A stretch of DNA of 64,000 nucleotides from Candidatus Omnitrophota bacterium. GTDB taxonomy: Bacteria; Omnitrophota; Gorgyraeia; Zapsychrales; Zapsychraceae. The notes beneath the pieces were generated by a model. It was not told where the DNA came from and ran no database searches. It saw only the letters and a list, made by a program, of their open reading frames with translations. Positions 1 to 8,232 of the stretch are shown here, one piece after another. How positions within the stretch are numbered: position 1 is the first letter of the stretch; every line of letters starts with the position of its first letter. The stretch is taken from NCBI GenBank assembly GCA_035292445.1, contig DATDQB010000010.1, positions 3,563-67,562 on the forward strand, read 5' to 3'. The position numbers and the translations under genes were made by a program.

Positions 1-1105
1 TGTAAGATCCTCCTTGAGGAACTCCCTGGGGGACTTTGCCGCCGCAAGCAAGTTTGGCCCCTTCTTTAAGCGCTTGCTGAATCTGACGTAAAATAAGGTC
101 CCGCTGCTCTTTGGAGGCCATCGGGCCGAATTCCGTCGTAAAATCCGCCGCATCACCGATCTTCAGCGACTTCGTCCGCTCAACGAGCTTCCCTATAAAT
201 GCATCGTAAATAGCCTCTTCCACAAAAAGCCTTGAGACAGCCGTGCACATTTGCCCTTGGTTCATAAAAATGCCGGATAAAACGCCTCCCAATGCCGCTT
301 CCTTATCACAATCGGAAAAAACAATGGCCGGTGATTTGCCCCCCAACTCCATTGTAAGCTTCTTGGTCGTAACCGCCGCCAGTTGCATGATCTTTCGCCC
401 TGTTTGGGTGCTGCCGGTGAAGCTGATCATGTTGACATCTTCGCTTTGTACCAATTGGGAAGCCGCCTCATTGCCCGTTGTTGTAAGGATATTAATCACA
501 CCCTTGGGCAAATCTGAATCGGCGATCAGTTGTGCCAAACGCAAAATAGAAGCGCAGGCGATCGGTGAAGGCTTAAAGATAATCGTATTACCGACGATAA
601 TGGCCGGAGCGACTTTCCAGGCCGCATATATAAGAGGATAATTGTAGGAGCAGATGCTACCCACGACGCCATACGGCTCAAACCGCGTTAAGCTTTTTAC
701 GGGATCATTGACCGGATTAACGCGTTCCTTTAGAACATCCCCGAGATTACCGTAATAATCAAACGCATCCGCTGCCGCCGGCACATCGATAAAATTCACC
801 TGTTTGGTCGTCTTGCCGACATCCATGACTTCCAGCTCGGCCAATTCTTTAGCGTGATCACGGATCAGTTTTGCTATTTTCTTTAAATAGCTGCCTCTTT
901 CGGCAAAAGTGAAATTCTTCCAAGGCCCTTCATCAAAAGCTTTACGGGCCGCTGCGATCGCTGTCTTCATCTCATCGACGGAGGCATCCGCAACCTGAGC
1001 AAAAACTTCCCCAGTTGACGGGTTAACGGCATCAAAATACTTCTTGGTCTTGGCCATTTTTCCGTTGATCAAAAGGTCAAATTGTCTAAGGGTCGTTGAT
1101 TTCAT
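1..1105 (-). CDS. NAD(P)-dependent aldehyde dehydrogenase (3' end runs off window; absent from ORF track)
   Basis: Manual translation from ATG at 1105: MKSTTLRQFDLLING..VNPSTGEV; contains MELGGKSP and FMNQGQMCTA (catalytic Glu/Cys motifs). Confidence 0.92.
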   Translation of the reverse strand, partial: MKSTTLRQFDLLINGKMAKTKKYFDAVNPSTGEVFAQVADASVDEMKTAIAAARKAFDEGPWKNFTFAERGSYLKKIAKLIRDHAKELAELEVMDVGKTTKQVNFIDVPAAADAFDYYGNLGDVLKERVNPVNDPVKSLTRFEPYGVVGSICSYNYPLIYAAWKVAPAIIVGNTIIFKPSPIACASILRLAQLIADSDLPKGVINILTTTGNEAASQLVQSEDVNMISFTGSTQTGRKIMQLAAVTTKKLTMELGGKSPAIVFSDCDKEAALGGVLSGIFMNQGQMCTAVSRLFVEEAIYDAFIGKLVERTKSLKIGDAADFTTEFGPMASKEQRDLILRQIQQALKEGAKLACGGKVPQGVPQGGSY

Positions 1106-1185
1106 CTTATTCTACGGGAACCTCCGCTACTGACTTTTCTGAATCAATAATTATGGTAGTCAGTACTGCAGGTTCCATTTTCGTT

Positions 1186-2214
1186 TCACTCAACTGGAAC
1201 CTGCTGCCACAGCTCAAATACGCGTGAACAGGGTGCGTACCATTTGGAGATCTTAGCGAAATCGCCGCGTAAATGCATTTTCTTTTGTGTGGTAGCCACA
1301 AACGGGTCTATTTCCCGATTAAACACCGCCCGCCACACCTTCTCCGGGGCGGTGATCAAAAACTCCGCGTTCTCATCAGAGCCGACTTTTTCGATTCTAC
1401 CTTTTCGAAACGCGAAGCTGTACGTTTTTCCGGTTTCATTCAGCTTGACCGCCAAGTCCATGGTCATGTTCGTCTTCTCACCCAGCTCTTTCATCTGCTT
1501 ATCTTTATTGACCAGATCAACAATGCTGGCGATCTGTTCTTTTGAGAATAATTTAAATTTCTTTTTATTATTCTGTACGGGCACAGCGCGCTGTGCCCCT
1601 ATCTTGCCCTTTGTACGGGCGACCCGGTGGGTCGCCCCTACGGAATACAACCGGCTGATCGCATCCGTTTTAATGGCGTCTTCAAGCGCCTGGATCAAAA
1701 GAAAACAATCAAAAAGCTCATTGCCCATCGCCACAACGCCATGATTGCGTAAAACAACGATGTTGTTCTTTTTTAAAGCTTCAATGATGGGCACGACATC
1801 GGTCACCGCCGGGGTGGTCTGTTTGACGGATGGCACATCCCCTAAATAAAATCTGGCCTCGAAAATCTTTGGGATCAACTTCTCATTTTCCAGGAAATAA
1901 GCGTTAGTGTATGTTGTATGCGTATGAATAATGGCCCGCGCGTCGGGAAAATTCTTATAAATTTCCGTATGAAGAAGTTTTTCGGAAGAGACAGCCCCTT
2001 CTTCTAACAGCGTTCCATCCAACTTCATGGCCAATACGCCTTTTTCCTGCAAAAGCCCCAAACAAGTTTTGTGGCCCGTAATGACGATCGTGTCCTTATC
2101 AACGCGCGCGCTGATATTACCGTTAAGCCCGCTCACGAGCTCCTTATCCCACATCAGCCCGCCGATGGCGATGATGTTCCGTTTAGCGTTATTTATTTTC
2201 TCTTCGTTATTCAT
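1186..2214 (-). CDS. Class II aldolase/adducin-family protein fused to a C-terminal SCP2 (sterol carrier protein 2-like) domain
   Basis: GNISAR, SSE..LH..IY, HTH and LRNHG zinc motifs; C-terminal 'IDPFVATTQKKMHLRGD' is SCP2-like. Start moved to MNNEEK (2214), which overlaps the upstream stop. Confidence 0.8.
   Translation of the reverse strand: MNNEEKINNAKRNIIAIGGLMWDKELVSGLNGNISARVDKDTIVITGHKTCLGLLQEKGVLAMKLDGTLLEEGAVSSEKLLHTEIYKNFPDARAIIHTHTTYTNAYFLENEKLIPKIFEARFYLGDVPSVKQTTPAVTDVVPIIEALKKNNIVVLRNHGVVAMGNELFDCFLLIQALEDAIKTDAISRLYSVGATHRVARTKGKIGAQRAVPVQNNKKKFKLFSKEQIASIVDLVNKDKQMKELGEKTNMTMDLAVKLNETGKTYSFAFRKGRIEKVGSDENAEFLITAPEKVWRAVFNREIDPFVATTQKKMHLRGDFAKISKWYAPCSRVFELWQQVPVE
1575..1641. 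repeat. Two tandem GTAG-type palindromic repeats (REP-like), in-frame in the aldolase-SCP2 linker
   Basis: GTACGGGCACAGCGCGCTGTGCCCCTAT (1575-1602) and GTACGGGCGACCCGGTGGGTCGCCCCTAC (1613-1641); translated as VGATHRVART..GAQRAVPVQ. Confidence 0.85.
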
Positions 2215-2689
2215 AGCGTTTACTGATATATTTCTGGGGAACCCATTCAACGAGCGGTACATAAGCCTTGATGCCGCTGGGGGCGACGCGTTGCCCTCGA
2301 AAATAAAATAGGTCGTCCGGTTTGCCCATAAATTTTGTTTTCTCGCTGGATTTAAAAATATTCACAGGAATTTTATGGCGCTTGGCCAAAACGCCCAAGA
2401 TAAGGCTTCCGATGCGGCACACGGCCCCTTTTTCATCAGCGATCTGATACGACAGCCACACTTCCTTGACCATATCTTTGGCGAATAAAAATCCGGCCAT
2501 GTTATCCGATATAAGGACCGGTTTGATGCCGCGCTTTAAAAGCTCTTGGGAGCTGTCCTCGGCGGCCTTCAAGCTCGGGCGCCCCTCGAGAACAAACGCC
2601 TCTTTGACGCCTTGTTTCTTCAGCCGGTCAAAGGCTTTCTCATCAAAGATCCCCTGCAAAACTATTTTTTTGCCATTATTAGCGGACAT
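2207..2689 (-). CDS. Stand-alone IF-2B/MtnA C-terminal-domain-like protein
   Basis: LEGRP, ISDNMAGFL, IGSLILGVLAKRHKIP and EWVPQKYI mirror the C-terminal half of the adjacent MtnA; N-terminal helical domain and catalytic HCN are missing. Confidence 0.7.
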   Translation of the reverse strand: MSANNGKKIVLQGIFDEKAFDRLKKQGVKEAFVLEGRPSLKAAEDSSQELLKRGIKPVLISDNMAGFLFAKDMVKEVWLSYQIADEKGAVCRIGSLILGVLAKRHKIPVNIFKSSEKTKFMGKPDDLFYFRGQRVAPSGIKAYVPLVEWVPQKYISKRYE

Positions 2690-3692
2690 CGATCGGTAGT
2701 GACCTCGTTATATATTCGTGCGGGACCACATCAAAACCCGGATAAAAGCCATGAACGGCTCCGCGCACAATCCTTTTTTTGGAAAACGTTAAAAGTTCCT
2801 CGCTGTCTCTGATCTCTATGGGGATATCTTTGCCTGTTTTCACTTTATTTGACGGCTGCGTTAACACGTAGAACGGTATGTCAAATTCCTGGGCCAACAC
2901 GGCGATCTGGTACGTGCCGATCTTATTGGCGAAATCGCCGTTAGCGCAAGAGCGGTCGGAACCGACGATCACTTTATCGACCAACCCGTCCGCCATCAGT
3001 AACCCGATGGCGTTATCAGCGACCAATGTTACATTAGCGCCCATGCGGTTCAATTCCCACGCCGTCAGTTTGGCCCCCTGCAAGTAAGGTCGTGTTTCGG
3101 TCGCAAAGAAATGGATCTTCTTACCATCCTGCTTACAGATCCACGCGGCCATGGCCAGCTCACCGCTGACGTTACAATGCGTCAGGATACTGTCGCCGTT
3201 CTCGATCGTGGCAGCGATCTTTCGCACCCGCTCAAGCCGGCGCATGCGGATCCCCATTAAATAACCTTGAATATTCTTGGACACGAACTCTCGCAGATCA
3301 ATTCCCTCAGCCACCGCCTGCTTTGCCCATCCGACAACCATCCCCGTCACTTCGCTGAAAGGAAACGTCGGGCGGCTGTTATTTAACATATCGGCGGTTT
3401 TTTCTAACCGTTTCAATACCGCCGTAGGGGCGAGTCGCCGACTCGCCCCTACGTTATTTAATTCCAACAAAAACGCGTTTAAAACAACCAAAAACTGCCC
3501 GAACGCCCGAGTCTTCATGTCCTTAATGACCTTCACTGCTTCCTTCACCGAAGTGACAGGAATATAATGAAGCTTCTTGGGGATAAGCGTTTCATCAAGG
3601 ACATATAACGTATTCTTCTTTAGATACGCCGGCCAGAACAATGGCGATTCTTTGATTTCTTTGTGGTCAAGTTGTATGTTCTGCTTGATCAT
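2679..3692 (-). CDS. mtnA: Methylthioribose-1-phosphate isomerase family protein (divergent)
   Basis: LTHCN, TETRPYLQGAKLTAWEL, VGSDR..NGDFANKIGTY, IPIEIRD..E, FDVVP; likely start MIKQN at 3692. Confidence 0.85.
   Translation of the reverse strand: MIKQNIQLDHKEIKESPLFWPAYLKKNTLYVLDETLIPKKLHYIPVTSVKEAVKVIKDMKTRAFGQFLVVLNAFLLELNNVGASRRLAPTAVLKRLEKTADMLNNSRPTFPFSEVTGMVVGWAKQAVAEGIDLREFVSKNIQGYLMGIRMRRLERVRKIAATIENGDSILTHCNVSGELAMAAWICKQDGKKIHFFATETRPYLQGAKLTAWELNRMGANVTLVADNAIGLLMADGLVDKVIVGSDRSCANGDFANKIGTYQIAVLAQEFDIPFYVLTQPSNKVKTGKDIPIEIRDSEELLTFSKKRIVRGAVHGFYPGFDVVPHEYITRSLPIDVR
3424..3452. repeat. GTAG-type palindromic repeat, in-frame in mtnA
   Basis: GTAGGGGCGAGTCGCCGACTCGCCCCTAC; translated VGASRRLAPT. 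Confidence 0.9.
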
Positions 3693-3693
3693 T

Positions 3694-4485
3694 TTATTTT
3701 CTAGCCAATTGCTCGGCACTTTCTAATTTTTTAACCAATTCCAGACCGATGTTGATCAGCGCCCCTTCGGCCATGTAATAATCGGTGTTCATGAAGCCCA
3801 TCTCACCGGTGATAACGTTATCGCTGACGGCCAATATGACCGCGGCCGGGATCTTATATTGCGCGCAGATCGTTAAAAAGGCGGATGACACCATATCGAC
3901 GGCAATAGCGCCACCGGCAACGGCTTTGTTCACATGCTCTTTGGTCTCTCTAAGGATCGCATCCGTTGTCCAGCAGCATCCTTCATGTACTTTATTCTCC
4001 AAAAGCCCCTGGCTAGGCAGAAGCTGCTGGGCGAGTTCTTTCAATTGCTTCGTCAACTCTTTATCAGCGGTGGGAACATAATTCTTATCCACATAATACT
4101 GGGTGACGCCATCGCCTTTCAAAGCCGTCGTCGCCACGATCAGATCGCCGACCTTGATATCTTCCCTTAAAGCCCCGCAACTGCCTAAACGGATCATGGC
4201 CTTGACCCCCGCGTTACAAAGGATCTCGGTCGTGATGGAGGTGTCCGCCGCAAAACGCCCGCCGTTGATCGTCGTCACTCTTGTCCCGGCAAATTCGCCC
4301 GTATGCATGGTGTATTCCATAAAACTGAAATTCTTGATGGGGTTCGTCAACTTCTTGACAATGGCATCCGCGCGTTCCCGTGGGCCGGGCACCAGCGCAT
4401 ATTTGCCGACGGCTTCGGGCGTCAGCTGCACCATTCCCATCAGATCTTTCCCTGTTAAATGGGCTTCTCGTTTCATGGTAGTCAT
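3694..4485 (-). CDS. Nucleoside phosphorylase (PNP/uridine phosphorylase family)
   Basis: LVPGPRERA, IRLGSCGAL, GDL..GDGVT..Y, WTTDAILRET, VSDN; VDMV replaces the usual VEME. Confidence 0.85.
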   Translation of the reverse strand: MTTMKREAHLTGKDLMGMVQLTPEAVGKYALVPGPRERADAIVKKLTNPIKNFSFMEYTMHTGEFAGTRVTTINGGRFAADTSITTEILCNAGVKAMIRLGSCGALREDIKVGDLIVATTALKGDGVTQYYVDKNYVPTADKELTKQLKELAQQLLPSQGLLENKVHEGCCWTTDAILRETKEHVNKAVAGGAIAVDMVSSAFLTICAQYKIPAAVILAVSDNVITGEMGFMNTDYYMAEGALINIGLELVKKLESAEQLARK

Positions 4486-4503
4486 TTTAAGAATCCTTTC
4501 TTT

Positions 4504-4563
4504 AGCTATCAGTCGTCAGCTTTCAGTCTTCAGCTGAAGACTGTCGACTGATGACTGACGACT
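4504..4563. repeat. Inverted heptamer tandem array (hairpin-forming)
   Basis: agctatc-agtcgtc-agctttc-agtcttc-ag|ct-gaagact-gtcgact-gatgact-gacgact; perfect central palindrome at 4525-4542. Confidence 0.85.
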
Positions 4564-6050
4564 TAAGTTAACGCTTCCTGTTTCAACAAACCCTTATCAA
4601 CTTTCCCTGTTCTATTTTTCGGCAAATCAAGCCGCAACTCAATTGTGTGCGGCACTTTAAAATTGGCCAAATGCTGCCGCGCGAAATAACGGATCTCCTC
4701 CGGGCTTACATTCATCCCTTCTTTCAAAACCACGTACGCTTTGACAGCTTCCCCCTTCATCCGGTCGGGGACGCCGACGACCGCGCACTCGGCCACGGCT
4801 TCGTGCTTGTAAAGGGCCGCTTCCACCTCCGGCGCGTACACGATCTGCCCGCCGACTTTGATCATCTCTTTCTTGCGCCCAACGATATAAAGAAAACCTT
4901 TTTCATCGAAGCGTCCCAGATCACCCGTATATAAACCGTCTCTTTTCTTGACCTCCGCTGTCGCCTCCGGGTCCTTATAATAACCGTCCATCACGATCCA
5001 CCCGCTGATGACGATCTCGCCGACTTGACCGAGCGTGACCTCCTGCCCATCATCATCAACGATTTTTATCTTGCAATTGGGCGCGGGCTTGCCGACGCTT
5101 GTGATATTATCGCTGTCCAACGGTGTCACCGTATTGGGAGGGCAAGTTTCCGTCATGCCCCAGCCGTTCAAAAGCCGCGCGTTCGGGCAATATTTATGGA
5201 AACGCGCCATGATCTCAGGAGAGCTCGGCGCGCCGAAAACAACGACCCAACGCAGTGAGGATAAATTAAACCGTTCTATTTCTTTTAATGTCAACAGGGC
5301 ATTGTACATGGGAGGGACAATATGAAAACACGTCACGTGATGCTGCTGCACCAGCGAAAGGAATTCGAAAGGATTGAACCGGTCCATCAAAATAAGCGTG
5401 ATACCGAATTGAATGCAGTTTTGGATATAAATAAACCCGCCGATATGGCTCAAGGGAATGGCGCAAATCTTAATGTCTTTATTGCTTAGATCGACGAAAT
5501 GATCCATCGCGGCAGGCGAGCCTTCCAAATGTTTATAATTAAGCAATATGCCTTTCGGTCTTCCCGTGGTGCCGGATGTGTACATAATAAGGGAAGGGTC
5601 GCTGTCTTTAATATCGGCCTGAGGAACATCGCTTTGCGCTTGAGCGATCAATCCTTCGATATCCGCACATAAAATAACCGTCTCCAGGCTGGGAAGGTTT
5701 TGCTTGATCTTCTCCAGTTCCACCTCATTCCTGGGCATGGCGATCAACACTTTAGCCTCACAATGCTCCAAACAGCTGGTCAATTCATCCTCTTTAAGCA
5801 TGAAGTCCAAGGGGACAGCCACACCGCCCAAATAAAGGCAAGCTAAATAGCTGTAAACATATTCCGGGCAATTGGGCAGGTAAATGGCGATCTTATCGGC
5901 TTTAGACACACCTCTTTCGCTTAAAGCGTTAGCCAGTTTCAATGACCGCTCTTTTAGCTGTTGGAACGTAACCTCTTTGCCTTTAAAGACTAAAGCCATT
6001 TTATCAGCAAAGCGGGTTACCGATTTCTCTAAAAATTCCTTTATAAACAT
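4563..6050 (-). CDS. Long-chain acyl-CoA synthetase / AMP-binding enzyme
   Basis: YTSGTTGRPKG, GWGMTET, TGDLG, GRKKEMIKVGG, LPKNRTGKV motifs. Confidence 0.92.
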   Translation of the reverse strand: MFIKEFLEKSVTRFADKMALVFKGKEVTFQQLKERSLKLANALSERGVSKADKIAIYLPNCPEYVYSYLACLYLGGVAVPLDFMLKEDELTSCLEHCEAKVLIAMPRNEVELEKIKQNLPSLETVILCADIEGLIAQAQSDVPQADIKDSDPSLIMYTSGTTGRPKGILLNYKHLEGSPAAMDHFVDLSNKDIKICAIPLSHIGGFIYIQNCIQFGITLILMDRFNPFEFLSLVQQHHVTCFHIVPPMYNALLTLKEIERFNLSSLRWVVVFGAPSSPEIMARFHKYCPNARLLNGWGMTETCPPNTVTPLDSDNITSVGKPAPNCKIKIVDDDGQEVTLGQVGEIVISGWIVMDGYYKDPEATAEVKKRDGLYTGDLGRFDEKGFLYIVGRKKEMIKVGGQIVYAPEVEAALYKHEAVAECAVVGVPDRMKGEAVKAYVVLKEGMNVSPEEIRYFARQHLANFKVPHTIELRLDLPKNRTGKVDKGLLKQEALT

Positions 6051-6061
6051 AGAAAATCCTT

Positions 6062-6114
6062 TAACTAGTAAAATTTTACTAGTTAGATTTTAGTAGAATC
6101 TAACCCATTGTCAA
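6062..6114 (-). promoter_or_regulatory. Sigma70-like promoter with adjacent 24-bp perfect palindrome (putative PadR operator)
   Basis: Minus strand TTGACA(6114-6109)-16 nt-TAAAAT(6092-6087), followed by TAACTAGTAAAATTTTACTAGTTA (6062-6085). Confidence 0.65.
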
Positions 6115-6162
6115 TAAATTTCTTATATATATTAAAAATATTACTTATAGGGGAAATTTGGG

Positions 6163-6678
6163 CTAGGTGAGGACTTCGGCCAGCTTGGTTATGGACTTAA
6201 TTTCAGCTTCAACCAAATCAAGGTCATGATCCAGGATAATTTGCAGGTGTTTTTGGGTGGTTTTGATGTTCCCTTTTAGGGAGGTAAGCTCTCTTTTGAT
6301 CCTGTTGAGAAAAATAAGCCGGCCCCGCAACTGGCGCTGGGCGATCTTTTTGTCAACATATTGAAGGAAATATAAAGAAAGGTCGATGTTAAAATACGGC
6401 CGCTCAATGGAAAGGAAGCTTTCGGTGATCAGATGGTCGAAGATCTTTTCACCCTTTTGCGTCAAGCTGTAAACGTACTTTTCCGGCCATTTTCCCTCTC
6501 GGCCGACATCTTTCTTAATAAGCCCCAGCTTTTCCATTGTCTTTAAAGGATAATAAATGGATTTGATCTTCAAGCCCACAAAAGGGAAAAGCTCTTCCTC
6601 GATCAGGCGTTTGATCTCATAGCCGTGTTTGGGGCCTTCTTTAAGCAATCCTAGAAATAAAAGTTCGTGTTCGATCAT
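6163..6678 (-). CDS. PadR family transcriptional regulator
   Basis: LLKEGPKHGYEI, SIYYPLKTME..GLI, KYVYSLTQKG, helical C-terminal domain. Confidence 0.9.
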   Translation of the reverse strand: MIEHELLFLGLLKEGPKHGYEIKRLIEEELFPFVGLKIKSIYYPLKTMEKLGLIKKDVGREGKWPEKYVYSLTQKGEKIFDHLITESFLSIERPYFNIDLSLYFLQYVDKKIAQRQLRGRLIFLNRIKRELTSLKGNIKTTQKHLQIILDHDLDLVEAEIKSITKLAEVLT

Positions 6679-7697
6679 TTCGGCCTTATATTCTCGTACT
6701 TCTCCGTGTATTCCAAGATCTGCGACATCATTTTGATGGTGCGCGATGGGTATTTACCGATGGCTGTTTCACCCGATAACATCACGTAATCCGCCCCGTC
6801 CAAAATGGCGGTCGCCACGTCCGTGACCTCCGCCCGCGTCGGGCGGCCCTGATCGATCATGCTATCCAGCATCTGGGTCGCGATAATAGAAAGTTTCTTT
6901 TTCCGGTTGCAATGGCGGATGATATATTTCTGCAGCAAAGGGATCTTATAAATGGGCAGTGTCACCCCCAGATCCCCTCGGGCCACCATCACCCCGTCAC
7001 AGGCATCCAAAATGCTTTCGATGTTCTTAACGCCCTCTTCTGTTTCGATCTTAGCGATGATCTTACACTGCGGCAAATGCGGCTCGACCATTTCAACGAT
7101 GCGCTGGATATCTTTTTTGTTGCGGACGAACGACTGGGCGATCTTCTCCACTTTATTTTTGATGCCGAACTCAATGTCATTCTTATCTTGCTCCGTCAAA
7201 ATATTTGATTGTAACTTAAGGCCGGGGATATTGACGCCTTTGCGTTCTTTTAAAATGCCGCCTTGGACCACCCGGCATTTCGCGCGCTTGCCGTCATTGG
7301 CCATGACCTTCAAAAAGATCGTCCCGTCATCGATAAAGATACCCGCCCCCCGCGGTATCACTTTCAGATCTTCCGCAAAATCAAGCGGGATAAGCGCCTC
7401 CCCGCCATCGGGCTCTTTAGTGAGGTAGGCTATCTTATTGCTCTGCAGATTGATCTTCTTCTTTAATTTGCCGACGCGGATGCGGTACCCTTCCAGATCC
7501 TGCAAGATCGTGATCTTATAGCCGTGTTTTTCATTGACCGAGCGCACCAGATCGATCAATTTCTGGTGATGCTCATGATCACCGTGAGAAAAATTCAGGC
7601 GGGCGACGTCCATGCCGCGGGAAGCCATCTTGACGATCATCGCCTCACTGGAGCTGGCCGGGCCTAACGTACAAATAATTTTGGTGTATCGGGACAT
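6675..7697 (-). CDS. pyk: Pyruvate kinase (short form, lacks C-terminal domain)
   Basis: TKIICTLGPAS, ARLNFSHG, IAKIE, MVARGDLG, ATQMLDSM, PTRAEVTDV, MLSGETA. Confidence 0.93.
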   Translation of the reverse strand: MSRYTKIICTLGPASSSEAMIVKMASRGMDVARLNFSHGDHEHHQKLIDLVRSVNEKHGYKITILQDLEGYRIRVGKLKKKINLQSNKIAYLTKEPDGGEALIPLDFAEDLKVIPRGAGIFIDDGTIFLKVMANDGKRAKCRVVQGGILKERKGVNIPGLKLQSNILTEQDKNDIEFGIKNKVEKIAQSFVRNKKDIQRIVEMVEPHLPQCKIIAKIETEEGVKNIESILDACDGVMVARGDLGVTLPIYKIPLLQKYIIRHCNRKKKLSIIATQMLDSMIDQGRPTRAEVTDVATAILDGADYVMLSGETAIGKYPSRTIKMMSQILEYTEKYENIRPK

Positions 7698-7712
7698 AAT
7701 AATAAAAATAAT

Positions 7713-7768
7713 GTAAGGGCAACCTTTACGGTTGCCCGATATTGGGCAGGCGCAAGGCCTGCCCCTAC
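7713..7768. repeat. Composite GTAG-type palindromic repeat; supplies the TAG stop of the 7765-8232 gene
   Basis: GTAAGGGCAACCTTTACGGTTGCCC-N6-GGGCAGGCGCAAGGCCTGCCCCTAC; near-identical to 45004-45059 and 50496-50551. Confidence 0.9.
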
Positions 7769-8232
7769 TCCGCTACTTGAAATTTTGTTCCCAATTCTTC
7801 AAAGACAATTCTTGCGACCGTCCGCTTAGCCGTCGATGCTAAGGAAGAAACGTCCACCCGGATCGTTTCCAGGCTGGTGCGGGTGAAGAAAATGCCGACC
7901 TCTGTCGTATTCACGCTTCCTTCAACGCCCATGACGATAATGTAGGGAGGGCTCGCGTATAGATCCGACATAAATATGTCAAAGACCCCCTCATCTATTT
8001 CAGGAGGCTTCACCCAAGGTTTAGCCGATGGCTTATAGCGGCCTAAGCGCATTATGGCCTCGAAGCAATCCTCGTAACTGCAATGGAATGCCTTGCTGAT
8101 GCCGTCTTGGCTGGCCTTATCTTGCAATGTTTGGGTTGAGGTGCCAACGATTCTTTTGGCCGCCTCTTTAACAGAGCAACCTTGAAGGGGCATCATCAAG
8201 GCAATAATAATAAAAAGATATCGTAAATTCAT
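7765..8232 (-). CDS. Putative lipoprotein, unknown function
   Basis: Signal peptide with lipobox LQGC; coupled to neighbouring genes. Confidence 0.65.
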   Translation of the reverse strand: MNLRYLFIIIALMMPLQGCSVKEAAKRIVGTSTQTLQDKASQDGISKAFHCSYEDCFEAIMRLGRYKPSAKPWVKPPEIDEGVFDIFMSDLYASPPYIIVMGVEGSVNTTEVGIFFTRTSLETIRVDVSSLASTAKRTVARIVFEELGTKFQVAE

